Made by a program: the position numbers and the translations under genes
Part shown: positions 8,786 to 19,982 of the stretch, in pieces
How positions within the stretch are numbered: position 1 is the stretch's first letter
Layout: every line of letters begins with the position of its first letter
The notes under the pieces: model-generated
What the model saw: the letters and a program-made list of their open reading frames with translations, nothing else
Told to the model about the DNA's origin: nothing
Database searches by the model: none
Origin: SAR202 cluster bacterium
Lineage (GTDB): Bacteria > Chloroflexota > Dehalococcoidia > UBA6926 > VFHL01
Direction of reading: 5' to 3'
DNA: 64,000 bases
NCBI GenBank assembly: GCA_009392005.1
Contig: VFHL01000003.1
Location: forward strand, 17,221-81,220

Positions 8786-8981
8786 CATAGAATGAGTGCG
8801 CAAAATTTACTCAAAAGAACATAAAATAGAAGCCGGATGAAAGTTAACTAAAGTCCCCAGAGGCAGAAACATTAGTAGCGACATTACATAGATACAACCG
8901 TAGATAAGAGATCCCTATTCAAATAACATCCACACATGTTTAATGAATTTGCGAGATTGATTTATATGTTTCCACAAAAAA

Positions 8982-9659
8982 ATGCGAAAAGAACTGGTCA
9001 AGAGACCCTCAAAAAAAACGTCCCGCGAGGAGTTTGTGGATACCAAAAATGTAGAAGAATCAAGTAAAGAACAAACGAACTCGCGGTCACAAAAACGACT
9101 CGCTTTGCCACAACTCAGTTTGCGAGTCCAGATACGGATCTTCGTTTATTTTTCGATTATTACGATTGTTGCGATGCTGATCGGTCGCGAGTACGTGGTC
9201 GGCCTAGGTAATTGGGGATACCTTGGCGCATTCGTAATTAGTTTGATTAGCAACGCAAGCATCATATTGCCGACCCCGGGAATTGCTGTCATCGCGATGA
9301 TGACAAGCGATTTCAACTTGTTATGGCTCGGAGTAAGCGCTGGGATCGGCGGCGCAATTGGAGCGACATCCAGCTACGTCGCAGGCATGATCACTGGTGA
9401 GCTCGTGAACAGTACTCGAATTTACCAGGTGTCTTTGAAAGCAATGAATCGATTCGGTGGAACCATAATTTTTGTTGCAACGCTCGCACCTTTTTTACCG
9501 ATGGACGCAGCAAGTATCTTGGCAGGGGGTATACGATACCCATTCAAACGATATTTTATAATCATGGCGAGCGCTCATACCCTTAAAATGGTTACCACCA
9601 CATACTTGATCGCAAATTCAACCAATTGGTTAACAGAGTGGATCCGACCCTTTGGATAG
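8982..9659 (+). CDS. YqaA/DedA (SNARE-associated, VTT-domain-like) membrane protein with Lys-rich N-terminal tail
   Basis: 225 aa. Core GYLGAFVISLISNASIILPTPG...LAPFLPMDAASILAGG resembles COG1238/YqaA proteins. The start codon is uncertain. Confidence 0.6.
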   Translation: MRKELVKRPSKKTSREEFVDTKNVEESSKEQTNSRSQKRLALPQLSLRVQIRIFVYFSIITIVAMLIGREYVVGLGNWGYLGAFVISLISNASIILPTPGIAVIAMMTSDFNLLWLGVSAGIGGAIGATSSYVAGMITGELVNSTRIYQVSLKAMNRFGGTIIFVATLAPFLPMDAASILAGGIRYPFKRYFIIMASAHTLKMVTTTYLIANSTNWLTEWIRPFG

Positions 9660-9854
9660 AGACTTGTAAACCACTCTCCGCACATCTCCCAAAAACCAAA
9701 ACGGACCCTATCGTCTATGATTCGTTAACAACAAAACTCTAAAAATCTTTTGACAAAACCATTCTCTCAAAATGATTTTTTAAACGTTATGTCAAAGCCA
9801 ACATTTTCCGCATGAAACCACAGATTTTATTACGTTAAATTTGCTCTTTTTATC

Positions 9855-9884
9855 TTGACGATGTTCCTGTTCTCGTGATATTGT
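9855..9884 (+). promoter_or_regulatory. Candidate sigma-70 promoter of the atp operon (extended -10)
   Basis: TTGACG (9855-9860), 18-nt spacer containing TG at 9876-9877, then TATTGT (9879-9884). By eye only. Confidence 0.45.
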
Positions 9885-9915
9885 GCCGTGGCAGAAAGTC
9901 AGAAAAGATTCGCCT

Positions 9916-10143
9916 ATGAACACGGGTCTAGTCTTAGTTGCAATGCGCCTCCTTGGCTTGGGGTGGTATGTTGCTGCGAGCTTGTTAATTTTCATAGTCG
10001 GCGGGGTTTGGTTGGACGGTGTTTTCAGCACCAAACCTATTTTAACTTTCATAGGGTTAGGGATCGGAATGATTGTGGCGTTCGGCGGCCTATACCGAAT
10101 GGTCAAACCAGCTTTAGTGCGCGTAAGAAAAGACGAGAAATAG
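9916..10143 (+). CDS. atpZ: AtpZ/AtpI-like small membrane protein of the F-ATPase operon
   Basis: Two-TM small protein (GLVLVAMRLLGLGWYVAASLLIFIVGGVWLD...ILTFIGLGIGMIVAFGGLYRMV) immediately upstream of atpB. I chose ATG 9916 because the track's 9883 start lies inside the putative promoter. Confidence 0.65.
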   Translation: MNTGLVLVAMRLLGLGWYVAASLLIFIVGGVWLDGVFSTKPILTFIGLGIGMIVAFGGLYRMVKPALVRVRKDEK

Positions 10144-10158
10144 TCGTAAGGAGGAACT

Positions 10159-11232
10159 TTGCTGGCATCTCTTTCACGCCCTCGCGTTTTCATACCCTTA
10201 GCTATTGCTTTAGTCTTGTTCATACTTGGCTTTATATTTCTTAAGGGCCCTCTAGAGATTCCTGGTTTAAAAATAGAACCACTATTTCGAATAGCCAATT
10301 ATCCCGTCCGAAATACCGTCATCCAACAATGGCTCGCAATGGCAGTACTCTTAGGCATCGGAATCACTGCTGCGCGAAATCCGGATATGGTCCCAAAACG
10401 CTTGCAATCACTAGTTGAAATCGTTGTCGAAGGATTGTTGAATTTATGCCAAACGGCAGCTGGTCGCGAAAATGGCCGCCGGTTCTTTCCTGTGGTCGCG
10501 ACTATATTTTTATTCGTCCTTTCAGCGAACTGGCTCGGAATAATTCCAGGCGTAGGAACGGTTGGTGTCGTTATACCCGCTGAAGAAGCAATCCACCATG
10601 CCGAGGAAGAGGGCAAGCATCTCGAAGACATTCATCTCTTTATGATGACTGAAGGTGGCAACATCCCATTCGGCCTCACTTATACCCTAGAAGAAGGTGG
10701 ACATGAGCATACAAGCTATTCAATATCTGGGGAAGAATACCACCACTCAGAAGAACACTTAGAACGCCAAGGTTTGACTGCAGGGCATCTTAATGGATTC
10801 CTCAGACCAGCAAACACGGATGTAAATACAACTGCTGCACTCGCAATAATCTCTGCGATTTTCGTAGAATTCTGGGGCATCACAGCTCTAGGCTTCTTCA
10901 CCTACATGGGTAAGTTCTTTAATTTCAAGGCGCTGCTAAAGGGCAACATAGGCATGGGTCTTGTTGACGTCTTTGTAGGCATACTAGAGTTCGTAGGAGA
11001 GCTCGTACGATTAATCAGTTTCACATTCCGTCTTTTCGGAAATTCATTCGCGGGCGAGGTTTTGATCCTAATCATAATGTTCCTAGTTCCTGTGATATTC
11101 CCGGTGCTTACATACGGCATGGAATTGTTCTTTGGGGCAATACAGGCATTTATATTCGGAATGCTAACCCTTGTCTTCGCGATAATGGCAGTCACTGCGC
11201 ACGGAGGCGAACACGGGGACGAACACCACTAA
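10159..11232 (+). CDS. atpB: F0F1 ATP synthase subunit a, with a large His/Glu-rich loop insertion
   Basis: 357 aa. Conserved LSANWLGIIPG, PANTDVNTTAALA, and the essential Arg region ISFTFRLFGNSFAGE. AAGGAGG RBS at 10148-10154. Confidence 0.92.
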   Translation: MLASLSRPRVFIPLAIALVLFILGFIFLKGPLEIPGLKIEPLFRIANYPVRNTVIQQWLAMAVLLGIGITAARNPDMVPKRLQSLVEIVVEGLLNLCQTAAGRENGRRFFPVVATIFLFVLSANWLGIIPGVGTVGVVIPAEEAIHHAEEEGKHLEDIHLFMMTEGGNIPFGLTYTLEEGGHEHTSYSISGEEYHHSEEHLERQGLTAGHLNGFLRPANTDVNTTAALAIISAIFVEFWGITALGFFTYMGKFFNFKALLKGNIGMGLVDVFVGILEFVGELVRLISFTFRLFGNSFAGEVLILIIMFLVPVIFPVLTYGMELFFGAIQAFIFGMLTLVFAIMAVTAHGGEHGDEHH

Positions 11233-11313
11233 CTGATTTCAATTAATAAGTATCTTGTATATAGTTTGTTCAGTAGGTAAAAATGGTAACGAGAATTTGT
11301 AGTAAATGTATAA

Positions 11314-11670
<357 letters not shown>

Positions 11671-11712
11671 TTAATCCGCGCGATCACGAAACGCGATTCA
11701 ACGAGGTGTGTT

Positions 11713-12216
11713 GTGGAGGCTATTGGATTTAACTTACCAGGGTTGGCGACTCAGCTCGTCAATTTCGTAATACTCCTGGTCTTGCTCCGTATGTTCGTCT
11801 ACGGGCCTGTTGTGCGAATGCTCGATAACCGATCTGAAAAGATTAGGGAATCTCTTGCAGCGGCAGATCAAGCCCAAGAAGCATCGGAGAAGAGTCAGGA
11901 GCAAATACAAGAAGCATTACAAGATGCGCGTGCTCAAGGGCAACAACTCATTGAGCAAGCACGGCAGACCAGCGAACGTTTGGTAAACGAAGCGCGCGAG
12001 GAAGCGCGCCGCCAAGGTGAGGAAGAGACCGAGCGCGCAAGAGCCGCGATTGAACGCGAACGTGATGACGCGATTGACAGTGTTCGACAGGAATTCGGTG
12101 ATCTGGCAATAACGGCGGCAGAAAAAGTGATACAAACCTCATTAGACGGTGATGCCCATAAAGGTCTCATTGAAGAGGTCCTATCAGAAGCCAGCCAGAG
12201 TACAGGAAGGAACTAG
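11713..12216 (+). CDS. atpF: F0F1 ATP synthase subunit b
   Basis: 167 aa with an N-terminal TM helix then a long charged coiled coil. Position in the operon. Confidence 0.9.
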   Translation: MEAIGFNLPGLATQLVNFVILLVLLRMFVYGPVVRMLDNRSEKIRESLAAADQAQEASEKSQEQIQEALQDARAQGQQLIEQARQTSERLVNEAREEARRQGEEETERARAAIERERDDAIDSVRQEFGDLAITAAEKVIQTSLDGDAHKGLIEEVLSEASQSTGRN

Positions 12217-12219
12217 AAA

Positions 12220-12759
12220 GTGGCAGGAGCGGCCTCCGCCCGGCGATATGCCCAAGCGGTGTTCGAAATTGCGCAAGAATCAAGCGATGAGCGATCTTGG
12301 CTAGATGATCTTGGGCGAATTGCGGACATCTTTGATGATCGTGAGATTCAAAGTTTTCTGGAAAACCCCAAAATCAGTTTCGATCAAAAAAAACAATCGC
12401 TTGAGCCACACTTCAGTGGTATGAATGGGTTAGCACAAAATTTTGCATATCTCCTCGTACAAAAAAGACGCGTGGGAATAGCAAGTGACATCGCCCAAGA
12501 ATATCAACGGTTCTTAGATTCTCTTGAGGATATAGCGCCGGTTGAAGTCACAACAGCAGTCCCCCTAGGAAAAGCCGAACAGGAAGAAATCACCGAAAAG
12601 ATTCAAAATATTATTGGTAAGAAATTACGTCTGACCGTCAGGGAAGATCCGTCAATTTTGGGTGGATTAATCGCCCGAGTCGGAGATCAAGTCATAGATG
12701 GATCAGCCCGTTCTCGCCTAATTTCGCTTCGGGAAAGCTTGCATGGACGAGCAAGATAA
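12220..12759 (+). CDS. atpH: F0F1 ATP synthase subunit delta (OSCP)
   Basis: 179 aa. ARRYAQAVFEIA N-terminus and GGLIARVGDQVIDGSARSRL C-terminal motif typical of delta. Confidence 0.9.
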   Translation: MAGAASARRYAQAVFEIAQESSDERSWLDDLGRIADIFDDREIQSFLENPKISFDQKKQSLEPHFSGMNGLAQNFAYLLVQKRRVGIASDIAQEYQRFLDSLEDIAPVEVTTAVPLGKAEQEEITEKIQNIIGKKLRLTVREDPSILGGLIARVGDQVIDGSARSRLISLRESLHGRAR

Positions 12760-12783
12760 TCCCCGTAATTTGGAAGGAGCCCC

Positions 12784-14295
12784 ATGGCAACCAGCGGACA
12801 AGAAATAGCATCGATACTTAAAGAACAGATTGAACAATTCGGCACGTCGGTCACAATGACCGATGTTGGTACGGTCGTTGAAGTGGGTGATGGTATTGCC
12901 CGCGTCCACGGGCTTACGAATTGCCGGTACAATGAATTGCTCGCTTTCCCCAATGGATTGATGGGTCTCGCTATGAACCTCGAAGAGGAGACTGTGGGCG
13001 CAACAGTCCTGGGTGACGACAAAGGCGTAAAGGAAGGCGACGAAGTCCGGACTACCGGACGCATAATGCAGATTCCCGTTGGCGACCAATTGTTGGGTAG
13101 AGTAGTTGACCCTTTGGGACTGCCCATCGACGGGAAAGGAGCATTGACATCAGACACAACTCGGGACTTGGAGCGAGTTGCACCAAACGTAGTAACCAGA
13201 GGCTCTGTAGACACTCCAGTGCAAACGGGAATCAAGGCCATTGATGCCATGATTCCGATTGGACGTGGCCAAAGAGAGTTAATCATTGGTGACCGGTCCA
13301 CTGGTAAGACTGCCATTGCCTTGGACACCATAATTAATCAAAAAGGACAAGATCTCCTTTGTATCTATGTTGCAATCGGCCAAAAAGCATCAAGAGTCGC
13401 AGCTATTCAAGGAACCCTTGAAGAGCATGGCGCGATGGAACACACCGTAATCGTTGCTGCTAATGCTAACGATCCTGCTTCTCTTCAATATCTTGCACCG
13501 TACGCCGGATGTGCAATTGGTGAAGAGTTTATGGAACAAGGTAAAGATGCTCTAATTATCTATGACGATCTTTCCAAACATGCGTGGGCCTACCGTCAAA
13601 TATCCCTTCTTCTCAGGCGCCCACCAGGTCGCGAAGCGTACCCGGGAGACGTCTTTTATCTCCACAGCAGGCTCCTTGAGAGGGCGGCGAAATTGGGCCC
13701 TGATTATGGAGGTGGCTCCCTAACTGCGCTACCGATTATTGAGACACAAGCAGGTGACGTATCAGCGTATATCCCAACAAACGTCATTTCCATCACGGAC
13801 GGTCAAATTTTTCTAGAGGCGGATCTATTCAACTCAGGAATAAGACCTGCAGTGAACGCTGGTTTATCGGTATCACGAGTGGGCGGTGCTGCACAAACAC
13901 GCGCCGTACGAAAAGTGGCTGGTCCTCTCCGGCTGGCACTTGCGCAATTCCGAGAGCTTGCTGCTTTCGCACAATTTGGAACGTCCGATTTAGATCCAGC
14001 CACCCTTGCACAATTAGAGCGGGGGCGAAGATTGACTGAACTCCTTAAACAAGATCAGTATGTACCTATGCCTTTAGCCCAAGAGTCAATGGTTCTATAC
14101 GCGGCAACCCAAGGCTACATGGATGACATAGCAGTTGAGCGTGTTCAGGCATTTGAGTCAGAATTCCTTGAATATGTAGACTCAAACAACCCAGAAATCG
14201 GTCGCTCAATTACCGAGACTGGTGACATCACCGATGAAAATGAAGAAGCGTTGAAAAAAGCGCTAGATGATTTCAAGAATTTATTTGGAGAGTAA
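12784..14295 (+). CDS. atpA: F0F1 ATP synthase subunit alpha
   Basis: 503 aa. Walker A GDRSTGKT. Strongly conserved alpha sequence throughout. Confidence 0.98.
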   Translation: MATSGQEIASILKEQIEQFGTSVTMTDVGTVVEVGDGIARVHGLTNCRYNELLAFPNGLMGLAMNLEEETVGATVLGDDKGVKEGDEVRTTGRIMQIPVGDQLLGRVVDPLGLPIDGKGALTSDTTRDLERVAPNVVTRGSVDTPVQTGIKAIDAMIPIGRGQRELIIGDRSTGKTAIALDTIINQKGQDLLCIYVAIGQKASRVAAIQGTLEEHGAMEHTVIVAANANDPASLQYLAPYAGCAIGEEFMEQGKDALIIYDDLSKHAWAYRQISLLLRRPPGREAYPGDVFYLHSRLLERAAKLGPDYGGGSLTALPIIETQAGDVSAYIPTNVISITDGQIFLEADLFNSGIRPAVNAGLSVSRVGGAAQTRAVRKVAGPLRLALAQFRELAAFAQFGTSDLDPATLAQLERGRRLTELLKQDQYVPMPLAQESMVLYAATQGYMDDIAVERVQAFESEFLEYVDSNNPEIGRSITETGDITDENEEALKKALDDFKNLFGE

Positions 14296-14343
14296 ATTTC
14301 CGAACTAAACTGCGATCATAAGTTAACAGAGTAAGAGAGCAAG

Positions 14344-15222
14344 ATGCCAAGTATCAGACAAATACGTCAAAGGATTCGAAGTGTTGAAAGCACTTCGAAG
14401 ATTACGAATGCGATGGAGATGATAGCCGCGTCAAAAATGCGACGTGCGCAGCAAAGTGTGCTGGCCTCGCGACCATACGCGACGGCCTTGCTTGATATCC
14501 TAAGCGACCTGGCACAGCGTAGTTTGTCTGGAGAAGTTCAAGATGTGAATCCACTTCTTGAAGTTCGTGAGGCAAACACAATTGGAGTTATTGTAGTCAC
14601 CCCAGATCGAGGACTTGCCGGTGGGCTTAGCAGCAATATGAACCGTGCTGCCGAAGAATTTATTTCCACGCAAACCGCCCCTGTAAAAGTCGTCACAGTT
14701 GGCCGCAAAGGTAGCGACTTCATGACTCGTTCACAACAGGACATTGTAGCGACCTTCACTCAAATTTCGGAGTACCCCGCGTTGGATGACGCCCGACCCG
14801 TAGCGAAGATTGTGCAGGATGAATATATCGCAGGCACAATGGATCGTGTCCACATCATATATCCCGAATTCGTCAACACCGTTGTACAAACACCGACTAT
14901 TAGACAACTTTTGCCAATTGAACCATCAGACGATTCATCCACTGACAGCTCTCCAGGAATTGATTTTGCGTATGAACCAGATCCAGGAACAGTCCTCAGC
15001 GGATTGTTACCAAGATTAGTTGAAATGTGGGTTTTCCACGCTTTCTTGGAATTGAGCGCTAGTGAACACTCTGCGCGAATGGTTGCAATGAATGCAGCGA
15101 CAAAAGCAGCACACGAGATGATAGGCGACCTTACACTCGTCTACAACAAAGCGCGCCAAGAAATTATTACCACTGAACTTCTCGATATTGTCAGCGGTGT
15201 GGCAGCCTTGGAACAATCATAA
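14344..15222 (+). CDS. atpG: F0F1 ATP synthase subunit gamma
   Basis: 292 aa. MPSIRQIRQRIRSVESTSKITNAMEMIAASKMRRAQ and C-terminal ITTELLDIVSG motifs. Confidence 0.97.
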   Translation: MPSIRQIRQRIRSVESTSKITNAMEMIAASKMRRAQQSVLASRPYATALLDILSDLAQRSLSGEVQDVNPLLEVREANTIGVIVVTPDRGLAGGLSSNMNRAAEEFISTQTAPVKVVTVGRKGSDFMTRSQQDIVATFTQISEYPALDDARPVAKIVQDEYIAGTMDRVHIIYPEFVNTVVQTPTIRQLLPIEPSDDSSTDSSPGIDFAYEPDPGTVLSGLLPRLVEMWVFHAFLELSASEHSARMVAMNAATKAAHEMIGDLTLVYNKARQEIITTELLDIVSGVAALEQS

Positions 15223-15223
15223 A

Positions 15224-15910
15224 ATGAATCTTTTTCAAGCAATCATATTTGATATGGACGGGGTCCTAATTGATAGTGAGCCACTGTTTTTAGATGCAGT
15301 CAATTCCCTCGTTCTGCAAGCGGGGAAAGACCCTATAACGAACACTGAAAACCAAAAACACCTCCTGGGGACCACTGTTGAGGAAACATGGCGCCGCGTC
15401 ATAAAAATGCGGGATCTTCCCCTCACTGTGGAAGAATGTGTATCGCAATATGATCCAATTGTGCGGCAGGTTCTTGAAGACCACTTGGTTCCTCAGCCCG
15501 GTGTACGTGATCTAATCCATTCTTTGAAAGAACGAGGACTGCCAAAGGCCGTAGCGTCCTCAGCACTAAGATCGTGGGTCGAACTGAAACTGGATACCAT
15601 CGGTCTACGGGACGAGTTTGACACCTACTTTGGAGGAGATGACGTTACGTCAGGCAAACCTGCCCCAGATATCTACCTTAAAGCTGCTAAAGCCGTTGGC
15701 GTTCATCCAAAGGAATGCATCGCGATAGAGGATTCACCGTTTGGTATTGCAGCTGCCAAAAGCGCAGGCATGTACACCATTGCGGTGCTCACTGAATCCA
15801 CAAGAGGTCTAGACCTCAGCGAAGCCGACGTTATTCTTGAAACATTAGAAGACTTTCAAATCGATTTACTAGCAAACCACAAACTCATGACGACAAGTCA
15901 ACAAAACTGA
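15224..15910 (+). CDS. HAD-superfamily hydrolase (subfamily IA, beta-phosphoglucomutase/phosphatase-like) embedded in the atp operon
   Basis: Motif I FDMDGVLIDSE, motif II ASS, motif III/IV GKPAPDIY...IAIEDSPFGIAAAKSAGM. ATG 15224 starts 1 nt after the atpG stop. The gene ends 16 nt before atpD. Confidence 0.85.
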   Translation: MNLFQAIIFDMDGVLIDSEPLFLDAVNSLVLQAGKDPITNTENQKHLLGTTVEETWRRVIKMRDLPLTVEECVSQYDPIVRQVLEDHLVPQPGVRDLIHSLKERGLPKAVASSALRSWVELKLDTIGLRDEFDTYFGGDDVTSGKPAPDIYLKAAKAVGVHPKECIAIEDSPFGIAAAKSAGMYTIAVLTESTRGLDLSEADVILETLEDFQIDLLANHKLMTTSQQN

Positions 15911-15923
15911 CACTAAGAGGTGA

Positions 15924-17321
<1,398 letters not shown>

Positions 17322-17369
17322 ATGCGTAGTCGACACATTTTTCAAATCAAGAGAATCTAAAGGTATGCT

Positions 17370-17774
17370 ATGTCACCAACAAACTTACAAGTAATCAGCG
17401 CCGAGAAAGTCCTGTACGAGGATGACGTTGATATTGTGGTATGCCCAGGAATCGAGGGAGAACTCGGTGTTTTGCCCCAACATGCCCCGATCTTTACTTT
17501 ATTGCAAACTGGAGAAATCCGCGTAAAGAAAGGTGAACAGGAAGATAGCATTTTTGTTACCGGTGGCTTTCTTCAGATAACGCAAGAAAAAGTCGTCGTT
17601 TTGGCTGATGCAGGTGAGCAAGCGCAAGATATCGATGAGGAGCGGGCCTCTCGAGCCAAAGAAAGAGCGGAAGAACGGTTAAACCAACAGGAACAAGATA
17701 CCGACATCCCCCGTGCTGAAAATGCGTTGCACAGATCCGTTACGCGATTACGCGTAGCTGAACGCAACAAATGA
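17370..17774 (+). CDS. atpC: F0F1 ATP synthase subunit epsilon
   Basis: 134 aa with an N-terminal beta-sandwich and C-terminal helical hairpin sequence pattern. Operon position. Ends with a TGA stop. Confidence 0.92.
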   Translation: MSPTNLQVISAEKVLYEDDVDIVVCPGIEGELGVLPQHAPIFTLLQTGEIRVKKGEQEDSIFVTGGFLQITQEKVVVLADAGEQAQDIDEERASRAKERAEERLNQQEQDTDIPRAENALHRSVTRLRVAERNK

Positions 17775-17844
17775 AATGTAGGAACAAATCCAAGACTGAA
17801 AGCACCCTTTATTTCTTCAAACGTGTATCCACTGGAATTGGAAA

Positions 17845-18486
17845 CTATTTCCAGCCACCTCGCTCTGAATCCCTCAGATAAAACGTCATTTCTTCCATCG
17901 CTAATATCGGATCCAATGAACGAACATAAACACCCCGTGGAACTTCCAAAGGTATTGGTGCGTAACTAAGAAAAGAATGAACTCCGTTGCGAATCAAGTC
18001 GTCAGCAACAAGCTGTGCGGCTCGCGCAGGCACAGCCAAAATCGCGATATCGACTCGATTGTTTTGGGTAAAAAGAGGAATATCCGAAGTATGGCGCACA
18101 AGTGTACCAGAAATTTCCTGCCCCACAACCTCCGAGTCCGAATCAAATGCCGCTGACAGATTAAATCCTTCAGGACTAAATCCAGGATATCCGATGATTG
18201 CCCGACCAAGCCGGCCAACACCAACCAAGATTGTCTCCCATTCACGATCTAATCCAAGAATCTGATCAAGGTCAGTGATTAGAAGTTGAACGTTATAGCC
18301 ACGGCCTTGTTTACCAAATCGCCCAAAATAACTCAAATCTTTACGAATTTGTGCTGGCGTGACATGCAATCGCTCTCCCAATTGATGAGAACTAACAAAA
18401 TCAACGTTATCATCTGCCAATTGGCGCAACGCCCTAAGATAGGTCGGCAATCGTCGAACCACAACGTCCGGGATATCAACCGCCAT
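17845..18486 (-). CDS. rex: Redox-sensing transcriptional repressor Rex
   Basis: 213 aa. N-terminal winged helix (RLPTYLRAL...SSHQLGERLHVTPAQIRKDLSYFG) and Rossmann GVGRLGRAI motif. Confidence 0.92.
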   Translation of the reverse strand: MAVDIPDVVVRRLPTYLRALRQLADDNVDFVSSHQLGERLHVTPAQIRKDLSYFGRFGKQGRGYNVQLLITDLDQILGLDREWETILVGVGRLGRAIIGYPGFSPEGFNLSAAFDSDSEVVGQEISGTLVRHTSDIPLFTQNNRVDIAILAVPARAAQLVADDLIRNGVHSFLSYAPIPLEVPRGVYVRSLDPILAMEEMTFYLRDSERGGWK

Positions 18487-18702
18487 CCGTTCACCTCCAG
18501 ATAAGCGTACGCAAGAACTGAGTTCTCAATATCAGGATTTTATATTGATAATTGGATTGACGTCAAACGAGGCAGTTTTGGATACGTTTCATACGAAGTG
18601 TGATCGTAAAATACTTTATTGAACGCTGAATATAGATTAGGCCGCAATTCGAACAGATCTGTACAATATACTTTGATATAAAATTTTTTCAAGGTGAAAC
18701 CT

Positions 18703-18996
18703 ATGCCAGTCGGTCTATGCTTAATCGAACTACGATTTCCAAATGCTATGTCCCTAAAAGACAAGAGGCGTATCACTAAATCAATTGTCGATAGAACTCG
18801 TCATCGGTTCAATATTTCGATTGCTGAAGTCAACATGCAAGATTCTCTACAAAAAGCGTCACTCGCTATAACAACAGTAAGCAACAGTACTCCACTAACC
18901 CAATCAACTTTAACAAATGTGCTAGATTTCATCGAAAGTACGCGATTGGATATTGAGGTTTTGGACTACCACGTCGACATCTCACATCCGTTCTGA
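18703..18996 (+). CDS. DUF503 (YlxP-like) family protein
   Basis: MPVGLCLIELRFPNAMSLKDKRRITKSIVDRTRHRFNISIAEV matches the DUF503 pattern. I prefer ATG 18703 over the track's GTG 18694. Confidence 0.75.
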   Translation: MPVGLCLIELRFPNAMSLKDKRRITKSIVDRTRHRFNISIAEVNMQDSLQKASLAITTVSNSTPLTQSTLTNVLDFIESTRLDIEVLDYHVDISHPF

Positions 18997-19070
18997 TTCT
19001 CTCAAGGAAACGCAATGGATTGTCTGGATTACACTGAACAATTCATCATCTTAAGAAATGGAGTTTGCAT

Positions 19071-19982
19071 ATGGACCTCGGCTTTATAGGTATAGGACGC
19101 ATGGGCTCAGCAATGGTCGCTCGGTTACTACGCGGTGGCCATCGCGTAATTGTTTATGACAGGGACTCTTCTGCATCAGAAACTGTTGCCGAAAAAGGGG
19201 CTATTAAAGCGGATTCAATTGAAAACGTAATCACTGAATTATCCCCTCCTCGTACGGTTTGGGTAATGATTCCATCAGGAACCAACACCGATGAGATCGT
19301 TGGTGAAGTTGGAGATAAGCTCTCGCAAGGTGACATCATCATAGATGGAGGGAATTCCTACTACAAAGATACTATCAGGCGAGCTGATTCATTCAAATCA
19401 AAAGGTATCGATTTTATAGACGTTGGCGTGAGTGGCGGAATACATGGTGGCGAAAATGGTTATAGTCTAATGATAGGCGCAGATATCAATGTTTATGAGA
19501 AAATAAGGCCTATCGTGGAAACACTAGCTCCGGCTAATCAAACTGGATATGGCCGGGTTGGTGCCACAGGAGCCGGTCACTTCACAAAAATGATTCATAA
19601 CAGTATCGAATATGCATTAATGGAAGCGTATGCAGAAGGTTTCGAACTGTTGCAGGCCAAAGAAGATTTTCAACTGGATTTAGCACAAATCTCAAGCATA
19701 TGGAACCACGGCAGCATCATCAGCTCGTGGTTATTAGATCTTACTACACAAATACTCGAGGTGGATCCAAAATTTGACTCTATAGCGCCATATGTCGAGG
19801 ACTCAGGTGAGGGAAGATGGGCAATACAGGAATCTATGGATTTAGAAGTTCCTGCTCCAAATTTAACTCTTGCTTTGCAAAACAGATTCAGATCTCGCCA
19901 AAGTAACTCCTTTACCGCTAAATTGCTAGCCGCAATGCGACAAGAATTTGGAGGGCATTCAGTGCGAAAAACTGACCCATGA
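19071..19982 (+). CDS. gnd: Short-form 6-phosphogluconate dehydrogenase (decarboxylating)-like NAD(P) oxidoreductase
   Basis: GFIGIGRMGSAM Rossmann motif, IIDGGNSYYKDT, GVSGG, GAGHFTKMIHNSIEYALMEAYAEG. About 300 aa, YqeC/Gnd-like length. GGAG RBS 7 nt upstream of ATG 19071. Confidence 0.85.
   Translation: MDLGFIGIGRMGSAMVARLLRGGHRVIVYDRDSSASETVAEKGAIKADSIENVITELSPPRTVWVMIPSGTNTDEIVGEVGDKLSQGDIIIDGGNSYYKDTIRRADSFKSKGIDFIDVGVSGGIHGGENGYSLMIGADINVYEKIRPIVETLAPANQTGYGRVGATGAGHFTKMIHNSIEYALMEAYAEGFELLQAKEDFQLDLAQISSIWNHGSIISSWLLDLTTQILEVDPKFDSIAPYVEDSGEGRWAIQESMDLEVPAPNLTLALQNRFRSRQSNSFTAKLLAAMRQEFGGHSVRKTDP

Noticed and set aside
12687-13331. 214-aa minus-strand ORF inside atpH/atpA, and similar long antisense ORFs at 6913..7542, 9792..10298, 30117..30701, 35163..35672, 42411..43013 and 47979..48563
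   Set aside because: All lie antisense to, or out of frame with, genes of unambiguous identity. None shows family motifs. They are treated as non-coding shadow ORFs.
18487-18702. Rex operator (TTGTGAA-N6-TTCACAA type) near rex, the atp promoter region (9660..9915) or the rpsL leader (TTTGTGAGTTTCTTGTAAC at about 34123)
   Set aside because: No convincing palindromic Rex box was found. The rpsL-leader sequence matches only one half-site.
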